From positions 1 to 37,183 of the IMG/VR virus record IMGVR_UViG_3300044724_005005: 37,183 nucleotides of DNA. The stretch is one strand, 5' to 3'. Every line of letters starts with the position of its first letter. Position 1 is the stretch's first letter. The notes under the pieces are model-generated. The model did no database searches and had not been told where the DNA came from. It saw only the letters and a program-made list of their open reading frames with translations. Positions 24,206 to 32,177 of the stretch are shown here, in pieces. The translations under genes were made by a program, and so were the position numbers. Source of the stretch: a virus (taxonomy: Duplodnaviria; Caudoviricetes).

Positions 24206-27200
24206 TACCCATCCCCCCTTTCTGCTAACTCTCTAGCAAGTTTCACCATCTGATTAACTGAAGCAGTATCAAGCCTAACTCCCAGCGTCTGCTTTACAGC
24301 CAATGCGATTTCCTTCAAGGCTATGTTATTTTCGACCTCTCTACTCTTATCCGCATCAGCGAGACTAGCGGCCACAACAGCTTGAGTAATAATTGCGTTC
24401 AATTCTGCATCACTCATAGATGCGACGCTGCCGATCCCTCCGGCAAGGCCATGAAACTCGGTATTAAAGGCAGTATACTCTTCTGCGGTTAAAAGACCTT
24501 TAAGCTCAGTCAGACGGTCAGTTGCAGTATTAAATGAAGGACCACCGGTAATAGCTTGACGTTTTCTTTCCTCACGTCGAATACCAGCCTCCAGCTCTTG
24601 AACATTTGAATTAGAAAAACCTTTCGCAGCACCAAACGGGAATAACATATCGAAAAGCGCCTCATACGGAATATTATAATCCGCAGACATATCTCTAAGA
24701 ATCTGCTCTGTAGCGGGCATCAAATTTTCATGAATTTCATCAAAGTAACCAGTACCCGACTTGGGAAGTAGACCAAATTGTTCGTAAAGTTCAGAAATAC
24801 CTGCCAGACCACCAAGATCTGGACTAACCCCCTGCAGAACAGAGTACGTCGCAAACGTTTCAATAGCGTCACGATACATGTCCGACGTTACAGTATCTGA
24901 TATTAAAGCGTCACGGAACGTAGTCAAAGATGCCCGAGATGTAGCGTTCTTCTCAGCAATACCAATAGGTGTTGAAGAAAAATCAGATAAAAACGTTTGA
25001 GTCCGGTCGATGGGCTGAAGGTAAGCTTGAAGTACCAATTTTTGAAAATTAGTTACACCTTTTTGAAGCCTATAACCAAGATTTTCAGCCAGTTCCAACA
25101 CTTTATCAGAAGTAACACCAAACTCGTCTGCTAATGCCGCAGCGTTTACAGTCAGCTTAGCTATGGCTTCCTGTGTTCGATCAAAAGTGTCCACAACCTC
25201 ATCTAGTTCCTCGCTTAGCTTATCCGTCACGCTATCAAAATCCATCAATGTTGAGTCCATGCTCAACTCAGTGCCAAAACGGTCGTTAGAATACTCTTTT
25301 ACTGTCATACCGTTGGCCTCAGCTAATGCACTAATTAGGTCTAACCTTTGTCGCTTAAAGCCCTCAACTGCCGTTTGATACGTACCCACAGTAACACCTA
25401 ACTCACTGCTCGAAAACCGATCTTGATAACCTTGATTCTCTAAAACCTTAGAAAGTGTAACATTGGGCATATCCGGAAACTCTTCTCCAAAGCGATCAAG
25501 GAACGTACCAGCGTCTCTAGCGTTCTCCGCCGAGGAAAAAAGACCTAAAGTCGCATCCGCTCCTCTAGATGAAATAATTAAACTATTAGCTAGATTATAT
25601 TGCGCCTGTAAAGCATTCAACTCCGCACTGGTCAGCATCCCAGTATTGATCGACCTAAGTCGCTCAGCAGCTTTACTAACATTTTCCGCACGCCGTCTAG
25701 TTTGGGCAGCAGAACCGAAAGCGCCAGCAATCATACCGACACCAGCACCAATCGCAGCACCAATCGCAGTACCTAACGGTCCCGCAATCGAGCCGATCAT
25801 AGCGCCGCCTGCGGCAGCAGTCACCGTACCCATACCTGCCATAGAGCCTTCCTGATAAGCCTGATTTGCGCCACCCAAACCTAAAGTGAGACCCACCAAG
25901 CCGCGAAGAGCATGGCCACTATTTAACGGATCTCGCCCCTTTAGTGCACGCCTTTCATTAATCTTAGCCATTCTCTCAGAAAAGAATCTCGGCTGACCGC
26001 CGCCCAATCCCATCGCATTCCGCATCATGGCTCCCCTGGCCCCTTTACCGCCCTTCATCATTGCTAGACCAGCAAGACCCAAAATGCCGCCACCCGGCAT
26101 GCCAAGAACAAAACCTAAAATCGTGGTCAACGTCTTAAACGCAGGAGCAATCGTATACTGAAACAATTGACCAATCTGAGACAAAAGATCAGGTAGCGCC
26201 TGCAGAATCGGCATAATGCCTTCCATCGTTGCAGCCAGCCCCGGAATCAAATCTGACGCAACCGTATCCAAAATATCGCTAAACAAAGGCAGCTTCGCAA
26301 AAAAGCCGCTCTGACCACTACCTAATGCGTCAAACAAAGCCCCCAAAACACTGCCAATAGAAGCACCAAAGTTCTTAAACCCTTCAGCGTTTTTCACAAC
26401 CAAATCAGAAAACTGCCTAAACAAGCTACGACCGCCACCAGTGCCACGCATAGCACCAAACATGTCGATCACCACATTAGCAGCAGGCTCAAACTCGCCC
26501 AAAAAGTTTGCCATGTCGCCAAAGAAATTACGAACAGACCTAAAGAACCCAACAAAGTTCTCACCCATCTGCTCAATATCTTCAAGATGGTCAAAAATGT
26601 TCATACGAACAAAATCCATAGTTTTCTCAACCATGGTCGTCAACGTAGGCGCAAACGACTCAGCACCAAACCGGTTAATCACAGCGCCCAACGCAATAAA
26701 GTTACTTCTCAAAATTTGAGAAATATCTAACATCGTATCTCTAAACGGGCCAAGCAAAGGCTGACCCATGTCAGCAAACAGGTCTTTTAAACCGGCAAAC
26801 TGAGTCTTAGCAGTACCAATAAACGTGCCTGCCAACATGTCGCTCTGATTCGCATACGCCCCCGAAACAACCGACCCTGACTGGATCGCATTCAACAACT
26901 GCGACATGGTCGTGATACCCTCAAGAGAATCAGCCCTAAACCCGGCAGCGCCCTTCACAGCAGACGAAGCAGCGTTAAAATCTTTACCACCTAACGTTTT
27001 TGCTACAGCAGCAACAGCAGCAGGGTCGCCGCCCGTCAAGTTAATGAGCTGTCGTGCAATAGGTGAAACTCTGCCTGTAGACACACCGGCTTTCGCTAAT
27101 GCTGCCACTACCGCCGTGGTGCTTTCTCCACCAAGCAAACCAGCGTTTTGAGAACCGACAGCCCTCGAAAGTCGAGAAGCTTTCTGGTAGCCTTGTAGCC

Positions 27201-27864
27201 CTCCACCCATCGAAGGTGCTAACATGGCTTCGTTGTATTCACGCATCGCTGCAGCCGCCACCGACAAAGCAGTAGCGACACCAGCAGCCGTAACCGATAA
27301 ACCTTTCAAAGCTATCTGATATATCTGAACCGCTGCTCTGCCTGTAATCAATGCAAGTTTAACTGTCAACAAGCCTGCTGTGAACAACGCAAGCTGGCCT
27401 GCTACCGCAATAAACGACAGCTTTGCCAGCGTCATAATAAACTTGCCTATTTGCATAACTACGCGTTTGAGCACCGTATCGAACTTACCAAAACTTTTAC
27501 GCATACGCTTGTTGCGCCGGTCGTGGTCGTCCATTTGTTTATTTAGTTTTTTAGTAGTGTCTGCGTAATCTTGTAAGCCCTTATTGCTCTCTTGTAACTT
27601 TTTGTGAGTAGCGTCAATTTTTTTAGCAGCCTCATCAAACTTTTTACCTACTTTATCAACTTGATCATTTGTATGACGCAGCGTCTTATTAGTGTTCCGC
27701 AGGTTCTCATTCATCTGCCGAGAAGAAGTCGCCATTTTAGAAATACGCTTCTGTAACGCCTGAAAACGACGCTCTAAAGTAGCAATTCTAATAATAAGCC
27801 GATCTAGCTCGCCATCATCAACATCAACCTTAATATTGATAACAACTCTATCTCTTGCAGCCAT
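24205..27864 (-). CDS. Tape measure protein
   Basis: 1219 aa, helical and A/G-rich; N-terminal coiled coil; hydrophobic Gly-rich segments; follows the chaperone. Confidence 0.9.
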   Translation of the reverse strand: MAARDRVVINIKVDVDDGELDRLIIRIATLERRFQALQKRISKMATSSRQMNENLRNTNKTLRHTNDQVDKVGKKFDEAAKKIDATHKKLQESNKGLQDYADTTKKLNKQMDDHDRRNKRMRKSFGKFDTVLKRVVMQIGKFIMTLAKLSFIAVAGQLALFTAGLLTVKLALITGRAAVQIYQIALKGLSVTAAGVATALSVAAAAMREYNEAMLAPSMGGGLQGYQKASRLSRAVGSQNAGLLGGESTTAVVAALAKAGVSTGRVSPIARQLINLTGGDPAAVAAVAKTLGGKDFNAASSAVKGAAGFRADSLEGITTMSQLLNAIQSGSVVSGAYANQSDMLAGTFIGTAKTQFAGLKDLFADMGQPLLGPFRDTMLDISQILRSNFIALGAVINRFGAESFAPTLTTMVEKTMDFVRMNIFDHLEDIEQMGENFVGFFRSVRNFFGDMANFLGEFEPAANVVIDMFGAMRGTGGGRSLFRQFSDLVVKNAEGFKNFGASIGSVLGALFDALGSGQSGFFAKLPLFSDILDTVASDLIPGLAATMEGIMPILQALPDLLSQIGQLFQYTIAPAFKTLTTILGFVLGMPGGGILGLAGLAMMKGGKGARGAMMRNAMGLGGGQPRFFSERMAKINERRALKGRDPLNSGHALRGLVGLTLGLGGANQAYQEGSMAGMGTVTAAAGGAMIGSIAGPLGTAIGAAIGAGVGMIAGAFGSAAQTRRRAENVSKAAERLRSINTGMLTSAELNALQAQYNLANSLIISSRGADATLGLFSSAENARDAGTFLDRFGEEFPDMPNVTLSKVLENQGYQDRFSSSELGVTVGTYQTAVEGFKRQRLDLISALAEANGMTVKEYSNDRFGTELSMDSTLMDFDSVTDKLSEELDEVVDTFDRTQEAIAKLTVNAAALADEFGVTSDKVLELAENLGYRLQKGVTNFQKLVLQAYLQPIDRTQTFLSDFSSTPIGIAEKNATSRASLTTFRDALISDTVTSDMYRDAIETFATYSVLQGVSPDLGGLAGISELYEQFGLLPKSGTGYFDEIHENLMPATEQILRDMSADYNIPYEALFDMLFPFGAAKGFSNSNVQELEAGIRREERKRQAITGGPSFNTATDRLTELKGLLTAEEYTAFNTEFHGLAGGIGSVASMSDAELNAIITQAVVAASLADADKSREVENNIALKEIALAVKQTLGVRLDTASVNQMVKLARELAERGDG

Positions 27865-27890
27865 GCAAAAACCCCCTCAAAAATGAGAAA

Positions 27891-27924
27891 CCGGGAACTT
27901 CTATTATTCTATAGAAATTCCCGG
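27891..27924 (-). terminator. Hairpin between chaperone extension and tape measure
   Basis: CCGGGAATTTCTAT-AGAATA-ATAGAAGTTCCCGG followed by TTTCTCATTTTT. Confidence 0.55.
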
Positions 27925-27927
27925 CCC

Positions 27928-28122
27928 TCAGTAACCACCATGAGTTCCTCTTCGATTTTTTTCTCTCGCCTCATGGGCAGCCGAAACTGCTTTCGCCGCA
28001 GCCATCCGAATCAACCACTCATCAATATCCGAATCCAAAATAGCGATCGGATCACAATGAAAAGCCTCAGCAAGATTACCTGCAGCCTTAACCCTCGGAT
28101 CTTGGGCTAGTTCATCAACTAG
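27928..28122 (-). CDS. -1 frame extension of the tail assembly chaperone (gpGT-like); absent from the ORF track
   Basis: 64 codons LVDELAQDPRVKAAGNLAEAFHCDPIAILDSDIDEWLIRMAAAKAV...GGY*, overlapping the chaperone stop; no start codon or RBS at its 5' end. Confidence 0.75.
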   Translation of the reverse strand, partial: LVDELAQDPRVKAAGNLAEAFHCDPIAILDSDIDEWLIRMAAAKAVSAAHEAREKNRRGTHGGY

Positions 28123-28637
28123 CCCTGCGTAGGGTCTTCAGCATCAACATCATCACCATAACCAGCGTAATCAAGAATCTTCAACGCAACATTCTCAAGA
28201 TGAGGATCAACACCATAGAACGCACGGATAGCATCCGGCAAAGGACGCTCCGTGCCAGTCATCTCCATCATCACCGGAGAAGCAAACGTGATAGAGTTAC
28301 CCTCATCATCAAGAACCAGCTCATCGTTAAAGTAAATACCGCTAACAGTATTACCAACCACATAGCAAGAAAACTTAATCGAATCCAACTCATCAGTCTT
28401 ACGGTTCGTGGAATTACGACGCCACGCCTTCAACTGATCGTTCGTGATGTTAGGAGAAAAACGTACAGTAACGCCCTTACGCTCCGGAACATTCATCTCA
28501 ACCTCGGGGCGTGTCACCTCACGAGAAATTTCGTCCTTAAGCATGTCAAGAACAGAAACACGACGCTTTTTTTCCGTCAGCTTATCAGGATCCGCCTTTG
28601 GAGCAGAACCAGCTACTTCAATAATTTCATCAGCCAT
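28119..28637 (-). CDS. Tail assembly chaperone (gpG-like)
   Basis: 172 aa, upstream of the tape measure; ends ...AEDPTQG*; GAAAGG RBS. Confidence 0.75.
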   Translation of the reverse strand: MADEIIEVAGSAPKADPDKLTEKKRRVSVLDMLKDEISREVTRPEVEMNVPERKGVTVRFSPNITNDQLKAWRRNSTNRKTDELDSIKFSCYVVGNTVSGIYFNDELVLDDEGNSITFASPVMMEMTGTERPLPDAIRAFYGVDPHLENVALKILDYAGYGDDVDAEDPTQG

Positions 28638-28663
28638 TATTAGCCTTTCTTTCTTTAACCTAC

Positions 28664-29401
28664 TCAGTCAGCAAGCGCTGCCCAAGTCTTAGCACCAACA
28701 ACACCATCAACAGCAAGGCCCTCGTCACGCTGGAACTGCTTCACAGCCTTCAACGTCTTAGGACCAAAGTCGCCGTCAACACCAGAATTCTTACGAGGAC
28801 GAGAAGTCAGCTTGTAACCGTTCTTATCCAGAAGCTTCTGAAGGAACTCAACAACCGGACCCTTATCGCCCTTACGGACAACAGTCTTGAAACAAGCCGC
28901 AATGAACTCAAGAACTTGAGCCTGCTCAGACTTAACCGAAGCAGCCTTAGGAACCTTAATATCGCCCTTAACAGGGAACCAGTCCATCTTCGAACCGCTA
29001 ACACGGCACGGCTGATGATGCCACCACTCAGAAGCCACGGTCTTACGAATACCGTACTCCTCAGCAATCTTGTTTACCTGCGAGGTAGAGATAGCACCCT
29101 TCTTAATGATACGGAAGTCAACCGCATAACCATAACCATCAAACTTTGGCTGGCTCATATGATACGAACCCTGGAAGCCTGCACGGTTAATACGGTCAGG
29201 GTTAGCTGCTAGATTGAAACCGGGCTTACGGCTCTTATACCCATCATACAGGTACTTCTGCTGCTGATAGGTACGAACACCAGACACAACAGCAACCTTG
29301 CCCGCAATGCGAGGATCAGCGAAGAACGCTTCCAGACGGGCCTTAAACTTCGGGTGAAGGTCCTTTACGTTCACCCTGCTACTTGTAACAGGAATAGTCA
29401 T
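28664..29401 (-). CDS. Endolysin: M15 (VanY-like) Zn peptidase plus PG-binding domain
   Basis: SGVRTYQQQ..LY, SYH...GYAVD, EWWH motifs; C-terminal VDGDFGPKTLKAVKQFQ...VDGVVGAKTW. Confidence 0.88.
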   Translation of the reverse strand: MTIPVTSSRVNVKDLHPKFKARLEAFFADPRIAGKVAVVSGVRTYQQQKYLYDGYKSRKPGFNLAANPDRINRAGFQGSYHMSQPKFDGYGYAVDFRIIKKGAISTSQVNKIAEEYGIRKTVASEWWHHQPCRVSGSKMDWFPVKGDIKVPKAASVKSEQAQVLEFIAACFKTVVRKGDKGPVVEFLQKLLDKNGYKLTSRPRKNSGVDGDFGPKTLKAVKQFQRDEGLAVDGVVGAKTWAALAD

Positions 29402-29437
29402 TCGATAATCCTTTGCTAGAGAATAACTTTCCTACAT

Positions 29438-29466
29438 AACCTACCAAAACTTGTGCCAGGTGTCAA
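29438..29466 (-). promoter_or_regulatory. Sigma-70-type promoter for endolysin/chaperone
   Basis: TTGACA-17 nt-TAGGTT with TG extension, immediately after the terminator. Confidence 0.7.
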
Positions 29467-29472
29467 GCAAGG

Positions 29473-29504
29473 AAAAAGAAAAACGCCACCTAAACAGGTG
29501 GCGC
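29473..29504 (-). terminator. Rho-independent terminator after the tail tube gene
   Basis: GCGCCACCT-GTTT-AGGTGGCGT followed by TTTTCTTTTT. Confidence 0.9.
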
Positions 29505-29533
29505 TTCTCCATTAAATAATATTGAATGTAATA

Positions 29534-30025
29534 CTATGCGGGAACTTCCTCTTCTTTGCTGTCGTCCACAGATGAAATTGAGAACGTCAGCGAATAGGTA
29601 GCAGGTGCTCCCGAAGAAGCGTCACCGTCAGGCTCAGTCAAGCCAACCAAAAGTGCTTTCGGATAGACTCGCTCAGAACCCGGAACCGCAAGATCACAGT
29701 TGAGCGTAAACACTGTAATATCGTAATACGCACGACCAACTAGCTGACGAATATCCTGAAGAAGGTTGTGATCCGCAGTGGTGTCTGTAGCATAGCGGCT
29801 AACAGTAATGTCACCAATTTCAGAAGGCGCACACAATACCTCTGGATGGATATTACCGCCATCGTAAATCTTTTCGACAGCAGCGCTAATTTCACCACCG
29901 CTAACGGTCGTAAAGTAGCTACCTGTTTCACCGCCACCACCATTAATCTGGGGAGCGACAGATGACACACCCGTCGAGGTAGGTACGAGTGAGGCAACAA
30001 TCTGCCTCTGAGTTGCTTTAGCCAT
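29534..30025 (-). CDS. Tail tube protein
   Basis: 163 aa directly after the sheath; F..VSGGE...E.IYDGG...GDITVSR pattern; AAGGAG RBS. Confidence 0.8.
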   Translation of the reverse strand: MAKATQRQIVASLVPTSTGVSSVAPQINGGGGETGSYFTTVSGGEISAAVEKIYDGGNIHPEVLCAPSEIGDITVSRYATDTTADHNLLQDIRQLVGRAYYDITVFTLNCDLAVPGSERVYPKALLVGLTEPDGDASSGAPATYSLTFSISSVDDSKEEEVPA

Positions 30026-30038
30026 TAATCATGTCTCC

Positions 30039-31586
30039 TTAAACTAGAGGATCACTCAGATTGCTCTTCGTGACAACAATATCAATCAAATCAGCGACAC
30101 CAGAAACCCGGACACCGACCCTAGCTTTAACCAAACCCGTGGCAAGCTGTGAATTTGGGTTATTTGCTGCAGAAACTGAAACCGTATAACCCGGATCAAC
30201 CTGAGCGCCCTCTACATCGTACGCTGCATACAGGCCATCCTGCAAAGCAACGCCCTTCAAAAAGCCCTTAATTGAAGCACGAATCAGGCCAAACAAGTTA
30301 CCACGAGAGTCGATCGTTGAGAACACAAAGCTTTCCATACGCTCTTCAATACGAACCGCAATATAGTTCATCGTGTCCTGCTGAGTAATGTAACGCCAAT
30401 TCGTTTCATCATTAGAAACCGAACGGGCACCATACACTCTAATCGAGTTGTTGACCTTGCGAATAGCATTAATTCGTGCCTTATCAAGCGTTTCCGCCGT
30501 AGCCGGAGTCACATCCTGATACAAATCAACAATGCTCCTAGCTGCTGAAAGTTGACCTGCACCTGCCCGCCAAGGCCCACCAGCCCTAGCAACACCCTTA
30601 GACCGAGCAGCAGCAGCATAACTCTCTGGTGAAAGATTAATCGTAGCCGTCGTTACAGTAGACTCGCCCGTAGCAAGCTCAGCAGCATTCGGTGACGTAA
30701 CCTTAATGTGCGGCCAGTAAAAAGCCATGTGCTTAGCGTTAGCATCAGAGTAGTACGAAGAAGCACTGCTCTTAGCCGTCGCTGACGAATCACCCAGCGT
30801 GAACCCACACAGAGCGATACGGTTATTGTTCGCAGCGTGAGTACGAAGCGCATTCCAAACCGCTGAACCGGTATAGCCCGGAGCCGCAACAGCACCGTCC
30901 TTCAGATTTACACTAAAGCAAGTCGTGACATCCGGATCGGTATCAAACGTTCCGTCCAACGCATCCACAATGTGATCTGCCGTAACAGCAGTACCATCTG
31001 AACCTCCAGAAAGGTTCGTATCAGCAAGCGAATCAGGATCGTTGCTAGTAGTCGTATCATCTGCAGCTGTCACAAGATGCTTCACAATAGAAGTGTTAAT
31101 AACCTCTACAGCATCATTAACATCAAGCAAATCTCTAGTAGTAAGCAGAAGCGCACTATCAAGTGAAATCTTAAGACGGAAATAACCTGAAAGAATGTTG
31201 CTGTCGTCGCTGCTGTTTTCAACAGCAACCGAAAGATTATTACCCCAAGCACCCTTGTTCTTTGACGTAAGCGTCATAGTAGCAGAACCGCTTGAATCAT
31301 TCAGCGTGATCGAAGAAGTCGTCGCATCGTCCGCATCATAGTTGATAGCACGGAACACATAGCAACGAGAACCGCCCTCATCAAAGAACGTCTTCACGTG
31401 GGAATAAAGATTCCCAGACTGATAGTTACCGTAGTAGGTTGTGTAGTCGCTAAAACTACGAAGAAGCGTCGGCTCAGTCGTTGATCCACGCTCTGCGGTG
31501 CCAACCATGAACACCTGCCCTGCCACATTGTTATTAGTGCCAGCAGGACCGGTACGCACTGTAGTGGTGACATTAACTCCCGGCAT
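30039..31586 (-). CDS. Contractile tail sheath protein
   Basis: MPGV.V, G.AERG, FFDEGG.R.YV.R, GAWGN.L.V, LSGGSDG, YWP, INAIR...VYGARS...WRYI motifs; GGAGG RBS before ATG 31586. Confidence 0.93.
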   Translation of the reverse strand: MPGVNVTTTVRTGPAGTNNNVAGQVFMVGTAERGSTTEPTLLRSFSDYTTYYGNYQSGNLYSHVKTFFDEGGSRCYVFRAINYDADDATTSSITLNDSSGSATMTLTSKNKGAWGNNLSVAVENSSDDSNILSGYFRLKISLDSALLLTTRDLLDVNDAVEVINTSIVKHLVTAADDTTTSNDPDSLADTNLSGGSDGTAVTADHIVDALDGTFDTDPDVTTCFSVNLKDGAVAAPGYTGSAVWNALRTHAANNNRIALCGFTLGDSSATAKSSASSYYSDANAKHMAFYWPHIKVTSPNAAELATGESTVTTATINLSPESYAAAARSKGVARAGGPWRAGAGQLSAARSIVDLYQDVTPATAETLDKARINAIRKVNNSIRVYGARSVSNDETNWRYITQQDTMNYIAVRIEERMESFVFSTIDSRGNLFGLIRASIKGFLKGVALQDGLYAAYDVEGAQVDPGYTVSVSAANNPNSQLATGLVKARVGVRVSGVADLIDIVVTKSNLSDPLV

Positions 31587-31668
31587 AATTGCCTCCATAT
31601 TCTTGTAGATACAATACTAGTATTGAACTGCCCTGCGGGGATACGCAAAGCGTACGCTCTCAAATATT

Positions 31669-31677
31669 AGTTTACCA
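31669..31677 (-). promoter_or_regulatory. Extended -10 element upstream of the sheath
   Basis: TGGTAAACT about 80 nt upstream of the sheath ATG. Confidence 0.5.
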
Positions 31678-31726
31678 CCAAAAATGAGGGAACTAATGAA
31701 ACTTTGTGCCAGATGTCAATATAGCT

Positions 31727-31912
31727 TTAATCTTTTTTGATGGGACCGAACTTTTCTTCGAGGCGTCTACGAACGTTTCTCTTTTCACGTTCGACCATTT
31801 CATCGAACGACATTTCGGTCTCACGTTCAGCTTTCAACATGTCCCAATACTCGTCACGTTCTTTAAGGCGAGGGTTGTACACGCCAGTATATTTTTCAGC
31901 AAATTTAGACAT
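31727..31912 (-). CDS. Small charged hypothetical protein
   Basis: 61 aa; AAAGGT RBS; upstream promoter TTGCTG-17-TAAAAT (31939-31967). Confidence 0.65.
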   Translation of the reverse strand: MSKFAEKYTGVYNPRLKERDEYWDMLKAERETEMSFDEMVEREKRNVRRRLEEKFGPIKKD

Positions 31913-31979
31913 AATCAGTTACCTTTTCACTTACTAGTATTTTACAATATTTTGAACGAACCAGCAAGGCAACCGGCAC

Positions 31980-32165
31980 CTATTTGATGTCATCAATCGA
32001 CGCCGCCGGGTCGCTGAGTAAAGAATTCTTTTTGCGAGACTTACCGTCGTCCCAAAAATCTTGACCAGTGCGTGTTTTACGGGTGTGCCGCAACCAATAA
32101 TCACTTTGTTCCCTTATCTTAGGGTCTCTTAACAGCTCTCGCCACGTTTTAGCTGATGATCTCAT
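31980..32165 (-). CDS. Small hypothetical protein ending in the polyvalent-protein linker motif
   Basis: 61 aa; AAGGA RBS; C-terminus SDPAASIDDIK. Confidence 0.6.
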   Translation of the reverse strand: MRSSAKTWRELLRDPKIREQSDYWLRHTRKTRTGQDFWDDGKSRKKNSLLSDPAASIDDIK

Positions 32166-32177
32166 CTTTTATTCCTT

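Noticed and set aside
28107-28121. Stop-codon read-through or genetic-code reassignment at the chaperone TAG
   Set aside because: The zero frame hits another TAG three codons later, and TAA, TAG and TGA all end full-length genes elsewhere in the window.
5298-31586. Bacterial contractile injection system (eCIS or tailocin) rather than a phage
   Set aside because: The interleaved phage-type DNA polymerase, exonuclease, tRNA and DenV-like gene, together with the long tape measure and the absence of an eCIS AAA ATPase, fit a phage; capsid genes are presumably outside the window.
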